64,000 nucleotides of DNA from Geosiphon pyriformis uo1 (lineage: Eukaryota > Fungi > Glomeromycota). Both the position numbers and the translations under genes were made by a program. Where the stretch lies: NCBI GenBank assembly GCA_016748015.1, contig JAAOMT010000263.1, positions 64,193-128,192 on the forward strand. The letters are read 5' to 3'. The notes beneath the pieces are model-generated. The model did no database searches and was not told the origin of the DNA. It was given only the letters and a program-made list of their open reading frames with translations. This document shows, one piece after another, positions 12,243-26,190 of the stretch; positions within the stretch are counted from its first letter, which is position 1; every line of letters starts with the position of its first letter.

Positions 12243-13499
12243 ATTGTTCAAAGAGTTAATCATTTATTTTGGACAAGTTTCTGATGGAAAAATTTCTCGT
12301 TGCCTATCTGGATTTGATGTGCATGATCTTATAAAACTTTTTATTGAACGCATGAACCAGGTAGACTCGAATTTCTTTATTTCCTGTAATGAGTAGGTTT
12401 GATTTTGAAATCTGGCAAGATATAAAAACTTTGATGGCATTAATACACTAAGCTGGTCAAAAAATTTGAAGATCTTCAAAAATCCCGACTACCACATATA
12501 TAATGCCAATGGGCACGATTTTCTGCACGACTTTTCAATTGGTTAATATATAAAAAAAATATAGCTTTTCATCCGATCATTGAAATTCAATGCATGAGAT
12601 TTGTGACCAGATAACGAATTTATTATGCATAAAAAATTTTTTAATAGATATATTGGGAATTTTAAGTTCGATTTTTGGAAAATTCATTTGTGATTAATGT
12701 ACCTTTTATCCCGTTAAATAATAATATCGCATAAATCCCGATTCCCAACTTTGCTATATTATTCATGGGAAAGGTCGTACAGCTAGGCGTCGTAACAGTA
12801 GTAGAAAATTGTAAATTGAATTCTAGGATTATCCTTTTTTTACGAATTTCTTTGTCGAGTCAACATTTAAAAAAGTGTAGGATCAAAGTTATTTTTCATT
12901 TTTGAAATTATTTATTCAAGTTATTTTATTGAAATTATTTATTTCTTGAAAATGAATATGAAAAAGAAATTCTTTTGATTTATTTCGATTCTTGAATTAA
13001 AAATATTCCCAAAAAAAATTGTTCCTTTTTTTAATTCAAAAAATCTCTGTCCAAAATTAATTTGAAAATATCAATGTACTTTGGATAAGTCTGCTTGTAC
13101 TTTTATACTTTAAATCGAAAAAAAAAAAATTCTTTCAAACAAAGATCTCGAGATATAAATTTTATGAGAAGTTTTTCTGTTACAGCTTTCATAATTAGGT
13201 TTATCTATAATTTCAGAAAATTTTTGATTCATGTCACAAGTCTAATGATTACAAAAGAGTGTAGTTATTTCTTTAATCAAAATTTGTGGTTCAAAAGTAA
13301 AAAACTATTTTATAAGACTATTCCTTTTGACTATTATTATTAACTAGCCACAAAAGTATTATAAAAGAATTTAAAAATTTACTTGAAAATTTAATTCAAA
13401 AAGTATTTAAAAAAAAATAAAAGTGTTTTAACAAAATAATTTTTTTTTAAAAATCTATGGATTGCTCTATTCTTATGATAAGTATGAAAATTGAAATAG

Positions 13500-15340
13500 A
13501 AAAAACTATACATTTTCATTTATTTAGAAACAGCTTGCAGTTACAACTTTAAATAACAAGTCTACACTCATCTAATATAATCAAATCTCGTCAAATGAAA
13601 CTATTAATGAGATTTCTATTTTGAATATTGCTTACATTCACGCTATTCTTTTTTGAACTAAATGCAAATAGATTTGATATTTATAGATCCTTTAGCTGTA
13701 TGATTGAAAAGAAATTCCTCAAAAAAAGTTTTAAAAGTTAGATTTTATTGGGGATCTCCACACTATGAGAGATATAATTGCGGAAAGAATCGAAGAGCTA
13801 AATGGAATCTGGTGAATTCAGCAAACAAAAAATATTATTTATATTAATTTAGTAATATGGATAATGTTGGGCTCAGGAAACTTTTTCTCATTTAAAATGG
13901 AGTCCTAAAAATTTTACAAGAACACAAAATGATTTGATGCAGGGGCTTACCTTGAATCATATGGAAAAGACTTTATTAAGATATATATTAAGATTTTGCT
14001 TTAAATATTTCCATTTTCCAATAGTTTTTGATTTGAAAATGCATACTAATAATATACTTACCTGAAATTCTTTAAAACTAATCGATTGGTATTATGAAAA
14101 ATGTAGTCCACCATTAGTTTTAACTTTCCATCAGAATTTTCGGTAGATTTGTAATATTTTTAGTCCAAAAATTCTGAATCAGTCAACTCGTTTTGAGCTG
14201 TTCACATTAGCCATATTTATCTTTTAAAAAAAAGGCATCTCTTCGGACATGAATTTAGTTAAAGGAAATTTTTGAAAAGTGTACATTTTCAGGATCCCAA
14301 TGATTAAACAATAAAATTCTTTTAGAATATTTTCGCTATCGGGAAAATATTTGCTAAACAGCTGATTGTTATGAACAGGATCTTTGACAAATAAATTGTA
14401 CCAACTAATGTTCCTTCAACTTCTAACGTGAAAATCCAGAAAACTTGTTAAATATTTGTTACAAAGCTATGTTTTTCATCCAAAAAGTTCAAATTTCAAA
14501 AGCTGAATTAATGGCAATTACGTTAAGGTTACTTGGAAGTCCGGATATACATCAAAAAAGAAGTGAATTTTTTGAGTGAAAAGATTTTATTTTTGCATTA
14601 GACATATTTGAATTCAAGAAGTCAAAATGATTTAAAATAGCGCGCCAATATCCCAAGTTCTCAATATAGTGAGAAAAAATTCAAGAAATATCAATATTTA
14701 AATTTGTCTAAAGTTGTTGAACCAAGTATTCGTTATTGAAATTTTTTAACCAATCGAATCTAAGCTTTTGGATATTATCTCTTGATTTCGATTATTTAAT
14801 TCTTGCATTCAAAAAACTAAGCTCTCTCGATTCAGGATTGTTTAATAAAAAAAAATCATCCTGAATCCCATCTGGCAAGAGTTTCATCTTATATTAACGT
14901 CGCAGATAAAACCTCTGGTTTAATTATGAAATTTCAATGAGCTTCCAAAAATTTCAACGGAGCCGAATTTTCGATCAGGAGAAAAAATTTCAGGACAGAT
15001 GTTGAATTCCATGAGGGAGCATTAGGTATGCTTTCAAGTATACCCAATTTTGAGCAACCTTTGATTGAATAATTATAGTTTCTTGGAGAAAATTTCGACA
15101 AAATTAAAATTCTGAACTTTCAACTTAATATCAAATTCCCTCCATTAGAATGCTCAGTTTGAAATGTTTGTTGAAATATCATTTCGTTTTAGATTTCTTT
15201 ATATGCACACAAATTTCTCCATATAAATTTTTGAGTTGAGAATCGACGATCCCATTGCTTACTGATAAAAAGATTGTTTACGGGGGCAAGAAAGCTTGTT
15301 TCAGAAAATCTCCCTATAGATACAGGAATCAAAATATATT
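13500..15340 (-). pseudogene. Degraded F-box protein gene
   Basis: Minus strand ~15335-15200 reads ILIPVSI...SFLAP / (frameshift) ISKQWDRRFSTQKFIWRNLCAY, an F-box-like segment. About 1.7 kb of coding-like but stop-riddled sequence follows; the 3' boundary is approximate. Confidence 0.45.
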
Positions 15341-16771
15341 CAGTACTCTGAAAATTACTCGAAAATTATTCGAATCGATTTTATTTTGACAAAAGATTTG
15401 AAGGAATGAAGCTCATAGATATGGAGAAATACAATTGTTAATCTAAAAGGGATACAAATCATCAAAAAATTGAAACAATTTATTTATAAAATATACTCCC
15501 TTCAAAAAAAAAATCCATTTTGATAATATTGTTATCACTGCCTTTGTGACACTAACCCTGTAGTAGCTTTTCATTGTTGTTGCGACAAAGTATGACAACG
15601 AATCTTCAAAGACAAGGACTTTTAAGTAAATTTCAGATCATTCTCTTTCTAAATGAGATGTGAACAGTGCGAAATGTAGGAACATTTTGTTGAAATAAAA
15701 ATTATTTTTCCTTTTCAAGTTACAAATAATAATTGAGGATTGCGAAAATAAAAAATCATTTCAATAAAAAATAGGAAAAATGGAAATCAAACTATTTTAA
15801 CAAAGTTTTTTTTTTTAAACATAACAGAGAGCAAATGTCATTCTTTGCTATTAGCCAATTGAAGTTATGATGTTCATTCCTTGAATGATCAGGTAGTGCA
15901 AATCAAAGTCGTGAATTTTGTACTCCTCCAATAAACCAATCAGATAATTTTTAGTGTTTAGTAAGGATCATTTTTCATTTTTCTCATCAATATAACTATT
16001 CGCCGCCCCTTTCCAAGGGCAAGAAATACCAAGAACGCGAATTTCAAACTCTCTAAACTTTGTCGACATATTATTTAACTTAGACGCGTTTTGTACCCAA
16101 GGTATACGAGTACCTTTATATACTGTTTCAAAATACTTTCAACACAGCTTTTGTTAAAGGTACAAGAAAAAGGATTCTAAACTTTTTCCAAACTTTCATC
16201 TTGTGATATCATCTCTGCTGCTGAGAAACTGTAACATTACTTTCCTGAGTTTGTCCATCTCAATTGATTTTTCAAATCTTTTAACTACCCTTTTGTCATG
16301 GGCAATATAATAATAACAAAAAGTTCTTGCTAACGCTTTTGTCTATGTTTTCTAAAAAAAAAAAAAGTTGTTCCCCCAAAATACTTTTCATCAAGGAACA
16401 TTTCTTTACTCACACCCGAAACTCCACATTGTGTTACATAAATAAGGTAAGGAGTCAACTTTTTTAATTTTTAAACAATTCTGAGCAATCGATGTATGAG
16501 GTGCGGGTGATCAAAAAATGTTTGGTACTATAGAAATATAATTTTTTTTGAAGTCACCCATGTAGTAGACCTTTCTGATTATTTACGAAAGCAATAAAAA
16601 AAAAAAAAAAAAAAAGTTGAAAATTTTCTCTTTCACCGTTTATTTTGACATTTTCGTGTCGAATCTTCAATCTATAAAAATTCTTCAATTTCACAATTAT
16701 AACTTCAAATTCGACCTTTGTAACTTTATCTCAAAATTTGCTGCAACAGCAAAGTCATCCCCAATCAAAAT

Positions 16772-18369
16772 ATGGCCAAAACCAAAATAACTCAAAAACT
16801 AAGTAATGGTTACGGATCAGAAAAAAGAATATCGGTGATTTCAAAATCTGCTTCAGTTAATAATGGAGTCAATGGTGACCTCGATCGGGAAAATCTTTCA
16901 AAAATGAAAGCACAAACCGAGGCTGTATGTTCAACCACTTTCCCATCAAATTGTTTGTATTTTTTTAATTTCCTAAATCTTTATTCCATTCAAAATATTT
17001 TTACAAAAGGCTGCTGATGTATTTGAAGAGGCAGCGTCCAATTGGAAAGCGGCAAACGCACAAATACTAACGTTGCAAAGTATCATGGCCAATGGTCAAT
17101 CTATAGTAAAAAAGCGTTCAATTATTCAAAAAGTGACTATTAAGAGAAAACCGGGCAAACCTTCCTCTGAAGAATCTTCTGAAGAATTAGTTGATAGCGA
17201 TCAGAGTGATTCCGTTAATGAAAATGAAGAGATCGGGGAACAGGAAATACAGTCTCAAAGCACTCAAGACCACAAAACTGAAGTAAATGAGACAAAAATT
17301 CTCGATCCAAAGAAAACAAATGGTATTAAGAGAACAGGGATCAAAAGTCTTCCCAAGCAGTCTAAAAAACCAAAGTATGAGCATGATCTAATCGAAAAAA
17401 CGGTCAATCAAGTTACAAGCCCCACCATAGAGCCAAATACAGAATCATTGGAAAATCCTCCTGTTTTAAATACGTCTAAAATTGATGATGGATCACCAAT
17501 TTTAAAGAGCAAAAAAGTCCCCAAAACCGCTTATCAGTATTTTGTCTCAAAAAATTTCGCAGCGGTTAAAGCTGCACATCCTGGTATTAAAATGAAAGAG
17601 ATGAGCGGTAAACTGGGTTCAATGTGGACCAATCTACCATTCCATGAAAAAGAAGTAATTTTAATTTTATCGCCTTATTTTCGAGTCGACATATTCAAAA
17701 TTTCTGTTAAAGTATCATCTTTATTCGTTTAATTAGGCTCTGAAAGAAGAACTTTGTGCCTTGCAACAAAAATATAGTAAATCAGTGACCCAAAAACCTG
17801 TAGGTCCCAAAATGCCTCAAACAAGGCAACATTCGGCTGAGTTACTCAAGGCAGCATCTGAAAACGATCAGGTTTTGAAAAAGTCTTTTCAAAAGTCAAC
17901 CGCCTCATCTTCAAAACCAGTTTCAAATTCTCCTTCAAAACATGCTTCAATCTCAATTCTGAAATCCTCCAAAGCTGCACCCAAACAAATCGCGGAATCT
18001 TCTAGTAACCCAGCCAACTCTTCTGTAAAATCTTCACCCAGAGAACCCATAAAAGTCGATCGTAAAAAATCTACAGAAATTGGTGAAATAGAAAATGAAA
18101 ACTTTGACATCAGGAAAGTCGAAGAAGCAAAAGATTTAGATACTCCAAACGTAGAGGGGGTAATATTAACAGAGATTGTAACAGAAACGACAACTGTTGC
18201 GCCCACAACACCTGAACCAAATTCAAAATCTCTCTCTATGGGTACACCTCAGTCTCCAGGCGATTCAGTGCCTTGGATTTTGCCGATTGTTGGCACCCCT
18301 ACCTCATTCGGCTTGAGCCCCTATCGCAAACGTAAAGTCCGCAAAAGTAGCGCGAGTGAAGATTTTTAA
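16772..18369 (+). CDS. HMG-box protein (476 aa; exons 16772-16924, 17010-17654, 17737-18369)
   Basis: Two phase-0 GT-AG introns join the three ORFs in frame. HMG box KVPKTAYQYFVSKNFAAVKAAHPGIKMKEMSGKLGSMWTNLPFHEKEALKEE; basic NLS-like RKRKVRK at the C-terminus. Confidence 0.85.
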
Positions 18370-19961
18370 GGGATAATCACTATATTTGACATACTAAAAG
18401 ACCCGAAATTTTTAATTACTCTGCGAAATTCCTATCAAATGTAGAGGCATCATTGAATTTGGACGGCATCATCATCGAACTCATTATGAACAGCTGCGAT
18501 ATTGCCACTTTAAAATTTGTACATAAATTTCTATTTTAACACGAATTCGTGTGTGTTTATGGATCTTTTCCTTTATGGCCGATTATGTATGGTTCAATTA
18601 CCTCTTCGGAGATTCCTGGATCAGGGCAACCATGAATCGTATATAATTTTGGCTCTGTTTTAAAGCAAGCGGAATATGGTAGTAGCAATTGTTAAAACTT
18701 CAAAATTTCCATGCAAATCATGATAATTCCTTGTTAATCTGCTATGTGCACAGTTTGATTCTAGGCTTACAAGAAATTTTGCATGGCCTTCAAAGTATTG
18801 ATGAATTTTTCTGAATAAGAGATTTCAAAATCAACTCCAGGGAGTTGAAGAAATCAGATAGTAAAGAATACAGATTCCGAAATTTAAGCAGGTCTGGGTG
18901 ATTGACGATATTTCCAGCATCATTCCTTTGGCCATCAATGACTGCAGATAGATGTTATGTCTCTAGAAAATCACACAAATACGCTGCTCGCCAATTAGTG
19001 AATTTTATTTAATTGCTAAATAATCTTGAATTTGCAAACTTGATTATTATTCTTCCAAAGTCGCAATGCAGAAGTTTTACTTAAAGCCATGTGATCATTT
19101 TCCTGGTTAATTTAAACCATGCCAGTAATTGATTTACTTTCCAATATTTTTAACAATATAAAAGAGCGTTGGAATCTTCTATTCCCTTTTTTTGATATAA
19201 AGTATTTTAGTGTACATTACTATAGTTCCAACTTGTTTATCAATCAATCTGATCGTGTTACATGATCAAAAAAGTAAATATAATGTTTCCTTTTACAAAG
19301 ATATTAAAGGCAGCGCAAAAAAAGCCAGGTTTTTATAAGCTGGGGATTTAGTCATGTTATGAAAGGGGACGGGAAAATAATTTTCAGTTGATAGCGGCTG
19401 GAGATTCATCAAGTCAAAAGTCCGAAATTGGAATTGAAAAAATAACAAATACACTCCACAGAGGCTTGCAAGAGGTTAAGTATAAATAATCGAAAGAGTT
19501 CCTTAATATGTGATTCCAATTCTAGTTAGTTAAAATCAAGTAAATGTATCAAAAGTGCTGGTTATCAATTTTAAGAAATAAAATATTCTTGTAAAAGGGG
19601 CTTTTTTTCATAAAACTCTTTGAGATCGTCTCTCAATTTACTTATCACAGAAAAAAATTAGTAATTTTTAGTAGCTCTAAACTTTGAGATAGTAAAGTAA
19701 TGATGAAATTTTAATAGAATTTATAGTTATCTCACTAACAATTGTAGTTGATAAAAGCTATTTGAATAATTGTCTATCAACATTGAATGAATTTATCAAT
19801 ACAATCGCGATCATTTATATAAAGTATTCACAACTGCTTGCTTGCTCCCCTGTTAGCTTGAAAAAATATTTTCTTTACATATTTAGCATTCAAACCTAAA
19901 TTTCAAAATTTGTTTTGTCCAATGATCAAGGTAACACACTATAAGGATTTTAACCATCAGA

Positions 19962-21942
19962 TTAATATATATCAGCTGGAAATAAAAAGCTGTCGATAAC
20001 TGATGATGTAGTCGTCTTCATTGAAATTTTCATCCCGTACACCTTTTTCTCTTCTTTATCAAATAAAGCATAGAATTTCATATGAAATGATCCACTATCA
20101 TCGGCCCAATTCCAATCCTTTAGCTCGTATTCTTCTAAAGAAACATCAAGAATATGTGTAAAACAAAATGGTCATGAGGTACAAATTTCTTTCACAGAAT
20201 TTTTTAGATGGACAAACCTTTTCCTTCCTTATTTGCTAACCATGCCCATTTGCGCAAAGTCTCTGCATCGATGTATGGACGTCGGGAGCTAGGTTTAATC
20301 CAAACCTCCAACACGTTTTGATTCGTAAATCCGGGTTTGTGTGCAATTGGCAAATACATACGCTCCTCTGAAGAAACGTCATCGCATTGTACCCAATGAT
20401 ATAATTGGAGTCGTTGATCTTGTTCATATGATTTTCGATTTATAAAATTACCATTATTGAATGCTTGAACAGTTATTTGAGCCTGTTCCGAATGCTGATC
20501 TTTGATCGTGAATCGAATGTTGCATGGGTTAGGGAGAGAAGTATGAACACGTTTTGGCCCGTTGGTATATGATCTGTATTTTGTGTAGTCCAATGCGTAT
20601 TTCGCTCTTAATGCGATTTTACTGATTGTTTGTCCCTGGTATGTTATAATTGCATCATGTTCACCTGGCATGTTATAATAATCTGAATCTTTAACACCTG
20701 AGTACGCTCGTGCCGTTTTCCATTCCCCATCACTACCTTGTACTTCCGCTTCGATCTGAATAATTGAGACCGGACTGTCTGATGAATTTGCTATTCGAAA
20801 TTCAGCCGAAAAAAGTTGAAATGCACCACGATAGGACCATGATTGTTCGGCAAGCATTTTACTAATTTGTTGTAGAGAAAGGCAGGATCCACCGGTAGAT
20901 TTTATTATTGTCTTCGATGGATCATAAGGTATAGGATATCCTTCCTCTTTCAAGACTGGACCGTCGACTATGGTTTTTGTAAGTTTGTATACTTTTGTAG
21001 CGGGTGGTGCGAAACTTTCTTGAAGAGTTTTAGTAGATATTTTTTCGTATTTCCTGCCGAGGTTTCCATGATCAAAACTCACAACTTCAATATGAGGCCT
21101 CGGATCCGACATTGACTTTACATGTACTTCTACAGATCTCTTTCCATTTGCATCTGTGATAAAGTGTGCAGATGCATACCAATTATCGGTTCCCTTTTTT
21201 CCTTTAATTTCATCAATCAATTCTTTAGACGGGGAAGGAAGTAAGTTTAAAGCATCTTCATCAAAAACTTTGAACTTTTTCGAAAGTTGAGCTTGATAGA
21301 GACCTTTTTGGTCAACACAGATAGTATGTAATGAGTCTTGTGTGAATGTTCAAAAAATCAATTTTTTTACAGAATACATACCAATTCCAAATTCGACATA
21401 AATTTGGTTTCCTTTAGAGGCGTATCCTACCTGCACCCATCTAATTAGTAAAGAAGGATTAGGGATAAATATTTAATTATCTGGCACACCAAGATTAAAT
21501 GAAAATTAATATTTTACTTTGGCTGTTCATCGACAAAATCGGCTCTTGTAACATCCAACCTTGGAAATTGATAAAATTCACGAATGAGGCAAACTATTCT
21601 TTACCAAATTCCTTTTTGAATTCATTGTTGTCCAATTATTATTCCGCACCATTGATCAAGCTCGTTTTCCTCTTTAAATTTCTTAAACCATGTCTTGTAA
21701 TCCACAACTTCAAGTATATCTCCATCACTGATGACATCAGTCGCCAAATCCTTTTTATCAAGAAGAAATCCGTCGTCGGTGCGTAAATGAACAAAATAAT
21801 TATCGTCATCCAAATCATTAGTATGTTTTTTAAAACGATTTGAAATTTCTTCCAAGAGTCTTTTAATATTGGGAGCCGTATTTGAAGAAGGAATAGGAAT
21901 GACAAGACGAGTGTCATTCCAAATAACTTTAATGCGAGTCAT
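19962..21942 (-). CDS. Uncharacterised 550-aa protein with an N-terminal ubiquitin-like (beta-grasp) domain (exons 21942-21650, 21559-21518, 21440-21382, 21303-20218, 20134-19962)
   Basis: Four GT-AG introns give one continuous frame of 1653 nt. N-terminus MTRIKVIW...LVIPI...IKRLLEEISNRFKK...LRTDDGFLLDKKDLATDVISDGDILEVV fits a beta-grasp pattern; the remainder is beta-rich and unassigned. Confidence 0.8.
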
Positions 21943-22833
21943 TTTTTGAAAAGTGTAATAGATGGAGGATAAAGTGAGAAATGACCTTAAAAGAACTAAA
22001 TTTTTTATTACAATGGAACTAAATGTTTGATTAGGTTGGGGATGTCCCCTTTTTTGGGAAGGTGGGGAAGCTCAATCTTGATATGGTCAGTGATGATCAT
22101 TGCACATGACGAGAAGCATTTTCAGCTGATATCATTAAGCGATATTTCGCAATGTAAACGGGGAATTGATTGGAAAATCTGGACAGAATTCTGGTTTCGG
22201 GGCTGTCCGGGTATCACTCACTGTGGCGGAATGAAGAGATATTTATAATCTAATCAGAAATATATTTTGGCTTTTTGGGAATATAGGTTATTATTTGTCA
22301 AGATTGGTCATAACTAGTGAGCCCTAATGATTGTTTTCATAATATTTCAAAATAAAACTAGCATGGGGTTTCTTGACCTACAGAAAATTTTGTTTAGAGC
22401 TCTTAAACTTGAGTCACCATGGGAATTTCTATCTTGGTTTCACACTACCGAGATTAGGCCAACTATCTTTGGCTTGTGATTGTTACATTTTAGTAAACCT
22501 CAGTTAAAGATCGGGAAATTATTTTGAATTACGGAAAATTGCAGTATCTATTGTTAATTTATATAATTTTTGAACAGGTTGTATTCTTGGATTGAAATGT
22601 TGGGAAATGTATCACTCGAGATAGTAATGTTTTTAAATTCGCGCTATTTACTTAAACCAACAACGATAAATATTTTTCAGGCAACTTTTCTTCAAAAACA
22701 AAAAGTATAAAGTGGGAAAAAAGTTGTTTCAAACATTACCTTTTATCATAATAATCGCATGCATCAGTCATCGGTTTTATCGCCATTTTTCTTTCGCCCT
22801 TACCGTTAACACAATAAGGAACAAAGCAAAAGC

Positions 22834-24336
22834 ATGAAAATGAGGGATTTCAAACTTGTAAAACTTTTAAGTCACCGATTAAGAGCCCTCCTTCACCTGC
22901 GAAAACACTCCTTAATCAACGAGCTCCTCGCGATTTTCAATGCAGCTAAAGAACGTTATGAACAGGATATCAAAATAACACGCCTTGTCAAACACTGGGC
23001 AAATGCGAATAACCTTCGTTACACGCTCGTCTACAAGAAAGTCGACAATCGACGACATATTTTAAAATATGCATCTCTTTTTGCATTTCTAAATCAACGT
23101 GGAATTGGTACGGTTGTGCACGAAAAGCGAGCATTATTTTGGTATAAAATTGCGGCAGAGGAAGGACAAGATAGTTTTGCCCAGCGAAAGTTAGGTTGGT
23201 GTTATCGAAAAGGTTTTGGGATAGAACCGGATGATTTTTCTGCGTTTATATGGTATCGAAAAGCAGCCGAGGCGGGATCCACGGCTGGCCAACGAGATGT
23301 GGCCTATTGTTATCGAAACGGAATTGGAACCGAGATGGATGAATATCAGGCATTCCTTTGGTACAAAAAGTCTGCGGAGAACGGGTCTTCGAGAGCACAA
23401 ACAGATTTGGCTTTTTGTTTTCGGAATGGTCTTGGCGTACAAGTTGATCGATCTAAAGCATTTTACTGGCATAAAAAGTCAGCGGAAAGTGGATACCGAA
23501 TTGCTCAATTGCATCTAGGAGATTGTTATCGTGACGGTCTTGGGACAATTATCAATGAAGAAGGCGCCTTCTTTTGGTATCGTAAAGCTGCCATGGCTGG
23601 AAACTCGGCTGCTCAAGTTAGATTAGCTAATTGTTATTTCGAGGGATTTGGCACTGCGAAGGATCTGGTCAAAGCTTGCGAATGGTCACAGAAATCTGCC
23701 AAAGCTGGAAATCCAATTGGACTTTTATATTTGGGTGATTGCTATCGAGAAGGTGTTGGCATCGCACAGAATCATCAATTAGCATATAAATGTTACCAAA
23801 AGGCTGCGGCTAAAGGAGATTCAACTGCCAAAAGAAGAATATATCTTTGCGAGGTCAAAGGGATTGGAGTCAAGAAAAAATCCTTTGATAATGTTAATGA
23901 ATTCACAGATGATGATAAATCAATAGCCTTGACTGCCACAAACACGGAATTATATCAAGCGAGTGAAATTGGCAATGCATCTCTACCAAATCCAGATTTG
24001 TTGACAATAGCAAAGAATATTCCGGCTGAGGATGTCCCACATGGGATGTCAACCGTTGAAGAATCGGAAAAGACGATCTCTCAACCTCTACGACCAATCA
24101 AGAAAATATCACAGCATCGAAATTCGATATCATTTGATCATTGGGACGCCAAAGCCGTTACCGAACTTGCAAATGTGATTAGTGGTAGTCAAAGTAAAAC
24201 CGACCCATCACTTCTAATTCCAAAGAATTCTGTGAAAGTTCGTTCGAATAATCATACAGTTTCGAGTTCTGGAAAATCTTTGAAGACCACCACCACAGTT
24301 ACCATTTCTTTTCAAGTTGAACATAGCGTCTCCTAA
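22834..24336 (+). CDS. Sel1-like repeat (SLR) protein (500 aa)
   Basis: About seven 36-aa repeats of the form AQxxLGxCYxxGxGxxxDxxxAFxWYxKAAExG; single exon. Confidence 0.93.
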   Translation: MKMRDFKLVKLLSHRLRALLHLRKHSLINELLAIFNAAKERYEQDIKITRLVKHWANANNLRYTLVYKKVDNRRHILKYASLFAFLNQRGIGTVVHEKRALFWYKIAAEEGQDSFAQRKLGWCYRKGFGIEPDDFSAFIWYRKAAEAGSTAGQRDVAYCYRNGIGTEMDEYQAFLWYKKSAENGSSRAQTDLAFCFRNGLGVQVDRSKAFYWHKKSAESGYRIAQLHLGDCYRDGLGTIINEEGAFFWYRKAAMAGNSAAQVRLANCYFEGFGTAKDLVKACEWSQKSAKAGNPIGLLYLGDCYREGVGIAQNHQLAYKCYQKAAAKGDSTAKRRIYLCEVKGIGVKKKSFDNVNEFTDDDKSIALTATNTELYQASEIGNASLPNPDLLTIAKNIPAEDVPHGMSTVEESEKTISQPLRPIKKISQHRNSISFDHWDAKAVTELANVISGSQSKTDPSLLIPKNSVKVRSNNHTVSSSGKSLKTTTTVTISFQVEHSVS

Positions 24337-24799
24337 TTGGAAAATATATTCCTTATATTCACGAACAATTTAATGAAAGAAACGCTTGAGAATTTTTCAT
24401 TAAAGAGTAATATTGAATTGCTCTTTTGAGAAATATTTCAGGATAAGCTTATGTTGCTCTCTATCTTACTCAATGTTTGGTTTTGCGATATTAATATATT
24501 TTGAATTCAAATCTTAAGCGAGAAGAATTAAATTTTACCAAATGTTCAATTATTAAATTTTTTGACATATATATTACACTTTTTAATGAATTGAGCTGAT
24601 TGACCTATCATATAGTTCACTATATTTAATACACTAAAGCAGCAAAAACCGATGCTTATTGCACACTGTGATTTCATAGAAACTCATTTTTGTTGCTATT
24701 ACGCCAGTTAAACATATTTTAATGTTATATGTGGCATTTTTTAAGCATAAAAGAACTTGAAAAATATGGCAGTTCCAATAAAAAATATACTTGAGAAAT

Positions 24800-26190
24800 A
24801 TTTTGAAAGAAATTAATATAAGTATTAAAATTTAATGAAAACTTGTAAAAAAAAAGTTTGTAAATTTGATCAAGGATGGCTAAAAACTAATATTTTATAA
24901 TCAAAAAGTAGGTTTATTTAAAAAATTTAGTAAAATAATATTTTACCAAAAATTATATCAAAACTTTAATTTTTTTGAATATAACAAATATATTCTTTTA
25001 AATACATATTTTTTGTTTTTAAAATTACTGTGTCTAATACGGTGCGCGAGGAGGTAGAATTTACCGATTTCAAAGGACTGGTTAAGATTTGTGTTTTAAG
25101 GGGACGTGAAAACTTCAATAGACTTAACGTTAGTGGATTAGACGTTGCACCTAGCTTGTTAATATACAGGTGTCGTATAGTTACATGGGCTATGTACGTA
25201 GATAACGAAAGCAATAAAAAAAATTACTGTTGTTATTTATACAGTATTAAAAAGTTTCATAGTATAATTTTCAATTGTATTAACTTGCTTTATATCTATA
25301 TTTTGCTCAATTAAGATTAATAAATATATATTTTAATTATAACAAAAAAGCAAAATTTATTTTTTTATATTACATTATTCATAATTGGTATGATTAATTA
25401 AATAATTAATAATTTTTAAAAAGTAATGATTAAAACATAAAATATAATACTTGTGTCATATTTTATTTTTCTTAATAAGTTAAAAATTGATATTTTGATA
25501 TTATAAATTTGTAAATTTATATAAATTAAATGTATAAGTTTTTTTATTATAATTATTTATATAATCAAAAATTAACTAATAAATATAATTTTTATTTTAA
25601 AATTTAAATTTAATTCTTTTTTATATTAAAATAATGAGTTGAAAATTATTATTATTATTATTATTATTTATTATTGATCAAAATTAAAACAGCCAAATAC
25701 TAAAAAGAAGTGTTAAAGCTATTATTATTTATTTTTAATTAATTAATTAATAATTTTAAATAAATAAATTAAAGCTTTGTTAAAAATAAAAATTTTCTAT
25801 AATTTTGTGATCAGATTAATTAAAATAAAGTTATTATTCATTAATTATTTTAACATTTGTTATTTTTAAAATTTATTTATTTATTGATTTTCAAATACTT
25901 GATTTCAGTTATGGTCATTTTTAAATTTTATACTTTTGTTAAAAATTACTTATAATTGTTGTTTAAAATCAAAAGAATTCTAATTTAAAACCGAATTATT
26001 TTTGATTATGTACAATTAAATGCAATTCGCTTCTGATAGGCTTTGTAGAGCTTTTGAGACTAATAGTGTGTCACTTTTGAATGACGCGTAGTGCAGCCTT
26101 TATTGGCCCGAGTGGCTGGTCACATGTATTTTAGAGTATTTTTTGCTGTATCGTAGTAAGTAGTGGTTAGGCCGCACTCGTTAAAATAAG
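24800..26190 (+). mobile_element. Decayed retroelement relic with two preserved GC-richer islands (~25030-25210 and ~26020-26190); probable LINE 3' end
   Basis: Hyper-AT tract. The island at 26100-26142 resembles the 3' UTR of the LINE at ~4040-4077. Confidence 0.4.
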
